From an uncultured archaeon (lineage in GTDB: Archaea; Asgardarchaeota; Heimdallarchaeia; Heimdallarchaeales; Heimdallarchaeaceae): DNA of 20,211 nucleotides. Each line of letters starts with the position of its first letter. Position 1 is the stretch's first letter. The stretch is taken from the NCBI GenBank assembly GCA_964549075.1, contig CAZJUB010000046.1, positions 1 to 20,211 on the forward strand, read 5' to 3'. The notes beneath the pieces are model-generated. The model was not told where the DNA came from. It did no database searches and worked only from the letters and a program-made list of their open reading frames with translations. Of this stretch, positions 1 to 8,494 are shown piece after piece. The position numbers and the translations under genes are program-made.

Positions 1-1013
1 GGGTCTCCAATCATAACTATCTTCCCTGAGCCAATGGGAAGAGTCATTATTGGTGCAAACATCACGCCACCCCATTCATCCGCATCTGGTGTTGCTGTAC
101 CTTCTTTTGCTGATTGAAAATCTGATTCCATCCATGAAGATTCAGTTGTATAGAACGGTAAGAAAGGTAAGAATTGATTTTCTATTTCCATCCCAAACAA
201 CTCCAAAGTTACAGCTTGAAGTGGCATCCAATCTGTTCGATATGTTCTAACCACTTTAGTTCCCCCACTATCTAGATAAACTGGGTGGTGGACGGCTATG
301 CTCAAAACTGTACCAAATTCCATTTGGAGACGATTTACACCACTAGTTAAGGGATTAGAAGGTTCCATATTTATCAGAACTGGTTGTGCTGGATTGGTGG
401 TATAACTACCTGCATCCATAAGAACGGAACTATTAAAGGCAAATCCTCTGAGCATCCCTAACATCTCAAACATGAGAGCTTCCTCAGTAAGCCCATCTCC
501 TCCACCTGTACCTAATCCAAACATTTCAAGAAGTGAAGGTAAACCTGCTGCTGCAGAAACCTCTTCCCAAGTGTTTAAGATGTTAAATAAAGGTTCGAAG
601 ATTTCAGCTCCCGTTCCATAATCATCCGCTACTATCAAACTACCACCTCTCGCTAAGAAAGTTATTAGCGAAATTGTATCTGTGGTTGAATATTGTGTAG
701 CTGGACCCATGATTGCCAAAACTCCAGGTTCATACACCCTATTTAAAATGGATAAGGAAGACATTCCATTTGTTATATTAGTATAACCCTCACTTTGGAG
801 CGCAACCCGTAAACTTGAGAGTCCATCCCAATTTTCGTTATATATGCTAAATTTCATCCCAGCTCTTCCTAAACCTACTATCCCTAGTAATATAGGCACC
901 ACTATAATCAAGAAAAGGATAGTCATCACTAGTGTATATTTAGTGAAATTAAAGTTCCTAAGCCTTTCTCTTAATTTTCTTCCTTGTTTTTGTTTGGGTT
1001 CTTGCTGGCTCAA
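1..1013 (-). CDS. DUF4350-family (GldG/GIFT-like) membrane-anchored extracellular protein, 3'-truncated at the window edge; not in the ORF track
   Basis: Manual translation gives an open frame from TTG at 1013 (SD-like GGGTG 9 nt upstream, in-frame TAG just before) to position 1 with no stop: MSQQEPKQKQGRKLRERLRNFNFTKYTLVMTILFLIIVVPILLGIVGLG (TM), then FSIYNENWDGLSSL, FLARGGSLIVADDYG and IGSGKIVMIGDP, all typical DUF4350 blocks. Overlaps the upstream gene by 56 nt. Alternative starts are GTG929 and ATG926. Confidence 0.85.
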   Translation of the reverse strand, partial: MSQQEPKQKQGRKLRERLRNFNFTKYTLVMTILFLIIVVPILLGIVGLGRAGMKFSIYNENWDGLSSLRVALQSEGYTNITNGMSSLSILNRVYEPGVLAIMGPATQYSTTDTISLITFLARGGSLIVADDYGTGAEIFEPLFNILNTWEEVSAAAGLPSLLEMFGLGTGGGDGLTEEALMFEMLGMLRGFAFNSSVLMDAGSYTTNPAQPVLINMEPSNPLTSGVNRLQMEFGTVLSIAVHHPVYLDSGGTKVVRTYRTDWMPLQAVTLELFGMEIENQFLPFLPFYTTESSWMESDFQSAKEGTATPDADEWGGVMFAPIMTLPIGSGKIVMIGD

Positions 1014-1395
1014 CTATTTCTACACCCTGTTCTCTTATACCTCTGAAACAGATATCTAATCTTTGAATTGCTTCTTGATAATCATCATATGAAATCTCAG
1101 CATCTGTATATCTAGCAATTTCAAATGAAGTGAGATATTCATCCATTACCTCACGTGAAATATTTGCTCTATCAGCTACTTGGAATCCAAATTCCCTACC
1201 TGTTTGGTAAGGAGCACGAGCTAATTCAAGAAGTCCATCAGCGATATTTGTTAAACCGCCAAAAGAAGCGATAACAGCTCCTTTATAGTCTTGTCTTTGC
1301 TCAAAAATTTTAACATCAGCCATAACTGATGTGAACATCTGATTCAAGGCTTTTACTTGTTTTCTTCTTTTAAAGAATCCGCCACTACGACTCAA
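958..1395 (-). CDS. Stand-alone soluble DUF4129-domain protein (145 aa)
   Basis: Motifs RAPYQTGREF and FEIARYT match the DUF4129 pattern (T..E ... fe.ARY). TTG start with AGGTGA SD 8 nt upstream; overlaps the upstream stop. No TM segment. Confidence 0.75.
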   Translation of the reverse strand: MSRSGGFFKRRKQVKALNQMFTSVMADVKIFEQRQDYKGAVIASFGGLTNIADGLLELARAPYQTGREFGFQVADRANISREVMDEYLTSFEIARYTDAEISYDDYQEAIQRLDICFRGIREQGVEIVEPARTQTKTRKKIKRKA

Positions 1396-4300
1396 TTTTC
1401 ATTTCACCTACTTCTATTTTATCTACTATTTTTAATAAAGCACGAACGCCTGAGTTGAAATCTTTCTCTGTGATCTCTTCATAACCGTAGCGTGCTTTTT
1501 CGAAATACAACAATAGAGTGTTGATGAGTTCGCTCTCAATCTTTCCTCTATATGCTAATAATCGTCCAAATTCTGTAGGAGTCTGACTCCTATACCTTGG
1601 TAGATCAAAAAATTCTCTACCAATCCCTTCCAAAACACTCCAGCTCTTTAACAAGCCATCTTTATATCTCCCTTCTAAACCATCTTTCTTAATATCCTCA
1701 ATTATTTCTCTAAGATAATCTCTTAGTCTGCGTTTGAATGTTTGTTTTTTAGCGTAAGTCTGAATTGTGTGTCTGTTGAACCACAAAAATAAACCTGCCA
1801 GAATTACAACTAATCCACCAGCCACACCACCAATTATAGCTCCAAGATTAGGTATTCCTAATCCTCCACCAGATTCATTAAGAACACCTAACGAATTTGA
1901 AACAGAATCAGAATTACCAACACTATCCGTTGCGGTTACTGAATAGAGGAGAGCATAGGTACCAGAACGTGGAAAATTAAAACCACTTAAATCCACCTGA
2001 ACTGTGAATACATCCGATGTCCCTACTCTTGTTAGTGCGACAGTAATATTATCATAATAAGTTGTATCACCCATTGTAATATCGAAACTTAGAACCACTG
2101 AATCCACAGTTGTCTGAGTATCTGTGATAGTGACATTAAAAGTAATTATAGTATTTGGATTGGCTACTGTTCCATTGTAAATTGGAGAAAATGGAGCAAT
2201 ATCAGGAGGAGTAGTATCTATAGCAGAAACATATACTGGGCCATAGAAACCTAACGGTGATTCATTAGGAATAGGTGCTGTATCCACTCCAATGTAATAT
2301 ACCCAATATTCGTAGTTATAATCCATATCAAGTGTGTAAGTATATTGATTTGTACCAGAAATGTGTGTCATTGAAACATTATTAATGTAATAATTTTCTG
2401 TAACATCAGTTATTGTGTTACGTCTATCAACTCTGATTTTTACTTCACTCATTCCAGTATATACGACACTATCATTCATATAAACGGTAATATCTACATA
2501 AGGATTAGTTGGATCTAGTGAAGTAGCAAAATTAGGTGTAGATTCTTCTACAGGGCCATAGACATCCCCGATACTATATGATGGAAGTGCAGGATAAGCA
2601 AAATCAGTACGATGAGCTATTGATGTATCGTACCACCAAGTAGGATTAGTTTGTAAACCTCCTCCAGCTGCAACACCATATCCGCTATAATCGTAAACGT
2701 AAATTCCAACACGTACTTCATATTGGTTGTAAATTGACCAAGTCGTTATTTGATCTTGATAAGTATTAGGACCAATATTTGTCATTGCGAAGAAATCAGC
2801 ATATACATAAGTTTCCCCTATTGGATCCCATATACCATAAATAAGTGTCACATTTTGTATCCCAGAACCTACATCGCTAGCAACCACCGTGAGTGAAATA
2901 TTATAATAAGGATCATGGGGAACCAGAAGATAAGGATCTGGTGAGAATATAACATCATCAATAGTTGGAGCGTTATTATCTGGACCAAAAACATTCACTG
3001 TTAGAGTAATTGTTGGAGGTGAAGGCATAGCTCCTCCTGTTGCGATCAAATCGCCAACAAATGCTTCGTAAGATTGAAATGATGCTGCTAATAAATTGGT
3101 GTATGTCCAATCAACATAATTCACACCTGCTGTAACGATTTGATTAGCTGTACTACCAGCAAAGGTGATCGATATTTCTGCACCTATTGGATTTCTACCT
3201 GATTGATCAACTGCTGTTAATCTATAATACTCGCTAGAAATAGAGAAGGAATCCCAGAAGGATGTATTCCATTCATTTGTTGAAGGTGTAGAAACTACTG
3301 TTCCATTTAGATGATATAATGTAAGCGTAAGTGAGTGATAAATATTGAATGAATCACTATCTGAAGGACTCCCTGGAGCATAATATTTGTAGGTTCCTCC
3401 ATCCTCGAACAATGCTGTTATTACTATTGTCTCAAAATCGTTCTGTATAACATATGAAGGAACAATTTTTGTAACATCTTCCGATCCTGTTGCAGTTACA
3501 ATTTCCTCTGTTCCGATTCCGGGGAAGAGCAATTGAAATCTTGAAGCTATAGCAAGATTATTGTTGACATCTCTTATTTCCACATTAAAACCTAAAGACA
3601 TACTTGTAGTATAGAAGATAGAATTGTCATCAAGAGTAAGAGTAACAGAACCGATGTCCACTGCTAAGATTGTAGTTAATGTATCATTTGTGAACCTTGC
3701 AGGATAAAAGTCACTATCATAAAATCGGAATAGGATAGAAATTCCTTGTGTTATATCTGTGTAAACTGTCGGGTCAAAATAAATACTAAAAGTAATTTCT
3801 CCACCGACTGTTATATTAGAGTGACTGAGAGTTGTGGAAGTTCCATATCTAATGTAGATATCTATATCGTAACCTGACACTAAACCAGCTGATGAAGAAA
3901 GGTTAGCATAAAAATCTACAGTTGTTCCCATTTGAATCTCTTGAGGACCTTTAAGATATGTGCCAGTAAAATCAAAATATGCATCAACTACAAGAGTTTC
4001 TTCAGTTTGATACATAAATTTAGCAGTATTAATAATATAATCTTCACTTGCTACATTTGAATTATTTTCTACAAAGAAGTTAATCCCCAGTTGTGTGATA
4101 TCATAAGTAGCGTTATAATAAACTGTGTCTTCTGCTGGTCCTGGAGCAGTTGCACTGTAAATATGCTGATTTAGTATAGAAAAAACATGAGTACCAGTAT
4201 GATCTTTAGTGTTATCTGTCACCCAATCAATTTCTAAATCATAATTTGTACCAGAAGTTTGAACTGTGGTTCCATTATCATATACAACTCTTGTTGTGAA

Positions 4301-5059
4301 AGAATAAGGATTACTTGGATTTGTCACTACAGCAACATGCTGAATGTCCATCTGCCCAAAGAAGGTAATATTTTTAGCTCCCGGTGTTCCAGCTAATCTT
4401 TCAGCTGAAGAACCATTAAACCAAGTAAGGATATTAATGTCTCCGATTTTGGAAAATGGACTAGAAGATAAGGTTGAGGTTACTAAGTCTATTGAGAAAA
4501 GACCATTTGCATCAGTTATATCAGAACCGACTTCATATTGGCCATTACCAAAATAAAAAGCCTGATTTGCTTGATATTGGCTTTTTGTAACATTATAATA
4601 TAAATAAACAGTCTCACCATCCCATTCACGTCCCAATATTCCTCCCCATAACCTACCTTCAACTGATATAGTTGTACCTCTTACATATTTATCTTCAGGT
4701 GCTGATGGGTAAAAATCTTGTTTTACACCTATTTCTTGGTCAAGATAATTTCCATCTTTATCTTTTACTCTAAACTTTAAATCTTCAAATACTGGTGTTC
4801 TTGCTTCAAGAGCAATTTCATCAACTTCAGGTTGATTTTGAGATGTTTCAACATCACTTAGAACTTCAGATTCTTGACCTCGTTTTAGCATGTCAATGAC
4901 ATATTGTGGTACAGAAGATCTATTCTGTACATCATTGATTTGGATATTTTCATCTTTTTTGTTAGAAGTAACATCAGCTGCAATTTGAGCATAACTGCTA
5001 GAAAGTAAGCAGACAAAGATAAAGATTGCACAAAGAATCTTAAGTTGCTTTAACTTCAC
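1385..5059 (-). CDS. Large single-pass (type I) surface protein: signal peptide, beta-rich Ig-like ectodomain, TM helix, cytoplasmic DUF4129 (1224 aa)
   Basis: N-terminal signal peptide (MKLKQLKILCAIFIFVCLLSSSYA); T/Y/N/D-rich beta-type ectodomain with many N-x-S/T sequons; TM LGAIIGGVAGGLVVILAGLFLWF; C-terminal RYRSQTPTEF...FEKARYG (DUF4129). GTG start with GAGGTG SD and GTGA overlap with the upstream stop. Confidence 0.8.
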   Translation of the reverse strand: MKLKQLKILCAIFIFVCLLSSSYAQIAADVTSNKKDENIQINDVQNRSSVPQYVIDMLKRGQESEVLSDVETSQNQPEVDEIALEARTPVFEDLKFRVKDKDGNYLDQEIGVKQDFYPSAPEDKYVRGTTISVEGRLWGGILGREWDGETVYLYYNVTKSQYQANQAFYFGNGQYEVGSDITDANGLFSIDLVTSTLSSSPFSKIGDINILTWFNGSSAERLAGTPGAKNITFFGQMDIQHVAVVTNPSNPYSFTTRVVYDNGTTVQTSGTNYDLEIDWVTDNTKDHTGTHVFSILNQHIYSATAPGPAEDTVYYNATYDITQLGINFFVENNSNVASEDYIINTAKFMYQTEETLVVDAYFDFTGTYLKGPQEIQMGTTVDFYANLSSSAGLVSGYDIDIYIRYGTSTTLSHSNITVGGEITFSIYFDPTVYTDITQGISILFRFYDSDFYPARFTNDTLTTILAVDIGSVTLTLDDNSIFYTTSMSLGFNVEIRDVNNNLAIASRFQLLFPGIGTEEIVTATGSEDVTKIVPSYVIQNDFETIVITALFEDGGTYKYYAPGSPSDSDSFNIYHSLTLTLYHLNGTVVSTPSTNEWNTSFWDSFSISSEYYRLTAVDQSGRNPIGAEISITFAGSTANQIVTAGVNYVDWTYTNLLAASFQSYEAFVGDLIATGGAMPSPPTITLTVNVFGPDNNAPTIDDVIFSPDPYLLVPHDPYYNISLTVVASDVGSGIQNVTLIYGIWDPIGETYVYADFFAMTNIGPNTYQDQITTWSIYNQYEVRVGIYVYDYSGYGVAAGGGLQTNPTWWYDTSIAHRTDFAYPALPSYSIGDVYGPVEESTPNFATSLDPTNPYVDITVYMNDSVVYTGMSEVKIRVDRRNTITDVTENYYINNVSMTHISGTNQYTYTLDMDYNYEYWVYYIGVDTAPIPNESPLGFYGPVYVSAIDTTPPDIAPFSPIYNGTVANPNTIITFNVTITDTQTTVDSVVLSFDITMGDTTYYDNITVALTRVGTSDVFTVQVDLSGFNFPRSGTYALLYSVTATDSVGNSDSVSNSLGVLNESGGGLGIPNLGAIIGGVAGGLVVILAGLFLWFNRHTIQTYAKKQTFKRRLRDYLREIIEDIKKDGLEGRYKDGLLKSWSVLEGIGREFFDLPRYRSQTPTEFGRLLAYRGKIESELINTLLLYFEKARYGYEEITEKDFNSGVRALLKIVDKIEVGEMKIES
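1900..2980 (-). repeat. Three degenerate tandem Ig-like protein repeats (about 110-140 aa) in the membrane-proximal ectodomain
   Basis: Repeats begin at DNNAPTI (nt 2980), DVYGPVE (2566) and DTTPPDI (2218). Each continues with itV...D..tg(v/m)..V.l, then m(t)..g.n.y, and ends in y.D..(G)N-like motifs (YDYSGY, VDTAPIPN, TDSVGN). Visible at protein level only. Confidence 0.6.
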
Positions 5060-8052
5060 ATTAACACCTCATATATTTCCAGTTTTAATCGATTAAATAT
5101 AATAGAGAAATTATCAAATAAGGTAAATATTTCAACCTTTAAATCTAAACCTGATTCAGTAGGAACAACATTTTCTATGCCATTTACAAAGGAAAGTAAT
5201 GCTGGTACATCAGCTATAATGATTTCTGCAGAGATGTTCCATGTATCCAAGTAAAAGACCAGAACATAATATATTCCAGGATATAATCCAGAAACATCAA
5301 TTGTGAGTGTATCATTAAACATTCCAACTCCATCAGTGAAGTCACTAAGGAGTAATGATGTATAACTATCAGCTGTTAAATCAGCTTCCAATGCTGTTCT
5401 ACTTGTTTTTGTAGCTCCATCATAGACATCTTTTGGAACAAACCAGATATCTATAGCTTCATTTGTAATGGGTTCAGGAGTACCGCCTGTCGGATCTAGG
5501 TAGAGATAGAAATCTAAATCTGTAACAAAGGTATCTCCTTCAAGGTCTTTATTGAAGAAATCATCACTAATATCAATTGTGGATTTCTTGCTATCTTCAT
5601 ATACTAAAATCGTAACCGTATAATTTTGTCCATATCTCGCAACTATATAATAGGTCGTTGAGACCGAACAATTTTCAAAGAAATCAAAACCTGCAGATTG
5701 CGTTGCAAGAGCTGAACCTCCTGTACTGTTTGTTTCTGCTCTACCCTCACCATGTGGTGTAAGGCTTAAAAGATTCATTGGATCAGCAATAATAGCTTGC
5801 ATTTGTGCGTCATCGAGAATGTAATAAGTTACTAACCTGTTTGGTAGTGGTGTTGTGTGAGCTACGTCTTCGTATAATATTGTGGAAATCGTATAATTTA
5901 CTCCTCTTTGAAGTATGTAAAAATCAGCTACTCCTACTGGTGGAGGATAAGGATTCAGCATAACTTGTTTATTCGCATCGATATAAATATTCGTAAGATA
6001 TCCATCTGGTGCAACTATGAAACCCGTAGCATTCAGCGACGATAACGTTGCATATGCTATTAAGACAAAGACTGTAGAGTTATCACTTGGTATATACATA
6101 GGATAAAGAAGTGGATCCAATACCGTAAAGTATTCTGCTCTACCCGTTGCTTGAGTAGAAATTACACCTAATTCTACTGCTTGTTCTAAGAGTTGCGCTG
6201 GATTAGATTGATAAGTGTAATAATCTTCTAGAGTGAGTGTTTTGAATGTTACTTGTGTTCCTTCAACTGGTGAGCCATCAGATGTAACATCTGCTCTAAA
6301 AGTATAGTTGGTTCCATAATCAGTAACATAAAGTCGTTCTCCTCCAATCAATTGATTTGAAACAGGGAAATAGAGTGGAGGTTCATTTAAGATAGAGAGA
6401 TCAAGATCATATGAAGTGTAAAGAGTATTATCACAATAAATGTAATTTCCACCATCATAATATGGTCCCATTTGGAATTGACCCCACTGATAAACATAAT
6501 TTCCACCACCCAAATCAATAGGAACTAAAGCTTCAATCCATGCATAGAAATTAGCTAATTTAAGCATCCTATCATTGGGATCTCCACCTATTTCATCTCC
6601 TAAAGCAAATCCAAAAACTGGTCTGCAAGGGATGTTGTTTAATCGTAAAGTCATAGTCGCTAGTGTAAGATAACCAGAAAGCGATCTATCTAAACCTTGT
6701 ACAACAAGCTCTGCTCTGTCTTGTCCTCCATTGTCTGAATCAGCAGAAAGAGGCATTCCAAAGTCGGTAAGAATCTTTTCTAAAATATAGGTTATTTGTT
6801 GATAATAATCACTACCGCTATCTAGACCTGTATGTACAAGATCACTAGCATAAGCTGCAACATTTGGCGAGATTGTTGTATAACTTGCTGGTTTTTGCAA
6901 AAAACGTGCATAGGTTGTATTGAAAGAGCTGCTTACAAATGGTGCTGCACCATAATCTCCTGTATTAGAAACTATTGCTGTGATATTTTCATCCTTTAGG
7001 AAAGATGTGTTGTAAAGTAAAGAACCTACAAACCCTAGAGTTTTTGTTGTAGCTTGAACAGACAACATATCTCGCAGATTATATCTAATATTGGTTGTAC
7101 CATCTTGGACACCGATAGTGCCATTTTGATTTAAGATATTATTATCCCAATCTGCATCTCCTGGACCAGGATAATTGTCGTATCCCAGAAATGGTTTAGC
7201 ATAGTTGTTACTCCAAGTTGAGATCATACTCATTAGGAGGCCTGTTGTAACTGAATAGACTGTTTGATTTACAGAATATTCTGTTACAGTTATGTTAGGA
7301 TCGGGTAAAGGTGTTCCATAATTATTTGGTTGTAAAGCATATCTGGTACTTGGACTAGATGCCACGAATTCCCACGTATCAGATTGATACGTATCTCGAA
7401 TCTCCCAACGGTACAAACTATCTCCAAGATTACCTGATGTAGCTGTAATTCTTGCAATATCTGCGTTTATTGTATCGTTCAAATCTAGAGCATCCAGCAA
7501 ATCTAACAAGCCATCTATATAGAACGGTGCTGATCCAGTGAAGAGAGAGTTAAACCAATTATCATTTACAGTCATTGGTTCTATGGAACCTGGAGGTAAA
7601 TCTCTATACTTACCTATTAGATTAACATAAGGAGTAAAGAAGGAAACCAATAATGCACCTATTATGAATCCTGTAATTAAAATTCTCTTCACACTATGTC
7701 TTGTGTGAATTTTAGGGAATTTGAAGGCTTTTGCTTCAAATGCTAATAAAACAATGAATACTTCTATTATCATAACTGCTGGTTCTAAAAATTGAAGAAT
7801 AATATCTGGTAGAGGGATTCTCACAATTGTATAAAAATAACTGTTTACAATTGTTAAGATCAGGAGAGCACCAAAGATTACTGTAAAAATTATATTCCAC
7901 TTTGTGATACCTTTTGGCATCATAGCTGCAACAGGCATCCTACTTTTTTTTGTTTTCATCTTTCGTGTTTTTGGGACTACTGCAGCTTTAGTCTTTAGTT
8001 TTACACCCTCTTTTACTCTCTTTTTCCGACTAGGTTTGACTTCTTCTGACAT
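5056..8052 (-). CDS. TgpA-like transglutaminase-fold membrane protein with Ig-like C-terminal domains; catalytic triad apparently lost (998 aa)
   Basis: Basic N-tail and 3 TM helices; LYRWEIRDTYQSDTW resembles the TgpA N-domain (YWR....d.Ydg..W); TGase core TLRLNNIPCRPVFGFALG, NFYAWIE and WGQFQMGP; followed by repeated Ig/transthyretin-like domains (P..g..v.f ... T...G). ATG start with GAGGAG SD. Confidence 0.8.
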   Translation of the reverse strand: MSEEVKPSRKKRVKEGVKLKTKAAVVPKTRKMKTKKSRMPVAAMMPKGITKWNIIFTVIFGALLILTIVNSYFYTIVRIPLPDIILQFLEPAVMIIEVFIVLLAFEAKAFKFPKIHTRHSVKRILITGFIIGALLVSFFTPYVNLIGKYRDLPPGSIEPMTVNDNWFNSLFTGSAPFYIDGLLDLLDALDLNDTINADIARITATSGNLGDSLYRWEIRDTYQSDTWEFVASSPSTRYALQPNNYGTPLPDPNITVTEYSVNQTVYSVTTGLLMSMISTWSNNYAKPFLGYDNYPGPGDADWDNNILNQNGTIGVQDGTTNIRYNLRDMLSVQATTKTLGFVGSLLYNTSFLKDENITAIVSNTGDYGAAPFVSSSFNTTYARFLQKPASYTTISPNVAAYASDLVHTGLDSGSDYYQQITYILEKILTDFGMPLSADSDNGGQDRAELVVQGLDRSLSGYLTLATMTLRLNNIPCRPVFGFALGDEIGGDPNDRMLKLANFYAWIEALVPIDLGGGNYVYQWGQFQMGPYYDGGNYIYCDNTLYTSYDLDLSILNEPPLYFPVSNQLIGGERLYVTDYGTNYTFRADVTSDGSPVEGTQVTFKTLTLEDYYTYQSNPAQLLEQAVELGVISTQATGRAEYFTVLDPLLYPMYIPSDNSTVFVLIAYATLSSLNATGFIVAPDGYLTNIYIDANKQVMLNPYPPPVGVADFYILQRGVNYTISTILYEDVAHTTPLPNRLVTYYILDDAQMQAIIADPMNLLSLTPHGEGRAETNSTGGSALATQSAGFDFFENCSVSTTYYIVARYGQNYTVTILVYEDSKKSTIDISDDFFNKDLEGDTFVTDLDFYLYLDPTGGTPEPITNEAIDIWFVPKDVYDGATKTSRTALEADLTADSYTSLLLSDFTDGVGMFNDTLTIDVSGLYPGIYYVLVFYLDTWNISAEIIIADVPALLSFVNGIENVVPTESGLDLKVEIFTLFDNFSIIFNRLKLEIYEVLM

Positions 8053-8120
8053 CTTGTCTCCTCATATGTATAAAATATAAGAGTACCAGTTACCCTATTA
8101 ACTCTATACTTCTACTATAC

Positions 8121-8136
8121 CTAAAAACTTTTTGTG
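8121..8136 (-). promoter_or_regulatory. Putative archaeal BRE-TATA promoter of operon B
   Basis: The - strand reads CACAAAAAG-TTTTTAG about 70 nt upstream of ATG8052. The AT-rich background limits specificity. Confidence 0.35.
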
Positions 8137-8446
8137 ATATAAATTCTTGCAAAATGGTAATGCCAAATAATCAAAAAATGAAAGTATCAAAACCTTATTA
8201 GAACACTTGAAAATGCAATTCTAAGAATCTTCTCAATTTATAAGTGAAAAGAGATAATTTTTCTTGACTTAATATATGATTTTATCAATTATATTATTGA
8301 AATAACAGAGACCTAAAAATATGAAATATCATTGAAAATAAATTACTGCAAATTAAAAAATTAAGTACTAGTTCTGTTAATCAAATCATCATATCATCAA
8401 CAAAACAAATCTTGAAGAGATGTCATACATTAATTCAAATACTATA

Positions 8447-8471
8447 CTTATATCGAACAAATTGTTTACAA
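8447..8471 (+). promoter_or_regulatory. Putative TATA box of thyX with adjacent short palindromes
   Basis: CTTATAT at 8447-8453, about 42 nt before the ATG; AACAA-A-TTGTT (8456-8466) and TTGT-TT-ACAA (8462-8471) lie just downstream. Confidence 0.3.
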
Positions 8472-8494
8472 TCAAGTGAAACATATTCAGAAAA

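Noticed and set aside
170-200. Suspected frameshift in the left-edge DUF4350 gene
   Set aside because: Careful re-reading gives GAA ATA GAA AAT CAA TTC (EIENQF); the frame is continuous.
50-250. 66-aa + strand ORF
   Set aside because: Antisense shadow of the DUF4350 gene (<1..1013, - strand); no motifs.
844-1059. 71-aa + strand ORF
   Set aside because: Antisense to two overlapping, well-supported - strand genes.
1366-1386. GFFKR motif identical to the integrin alpha membrane-proximal motif
   Set aside because: A five-residue match at the N-terminus of a TM-less protein with no integrin-like domains; most likely coincidence.
4344-4556. 70-aa + strand ORF
   Set aside because: Antisense shadow inside the 1224-aa gene.
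8053-8494. Possible tRNA, CRISPR array, NrdR box, MITE or small ORF in the long intergenic region
   Set aside because: No cloverleaf, no regularly spaced repeats, no convincing terminal inverted repeats or NrdR consensus, and no ORF with an SD seen; only short AT-rich palindromes.
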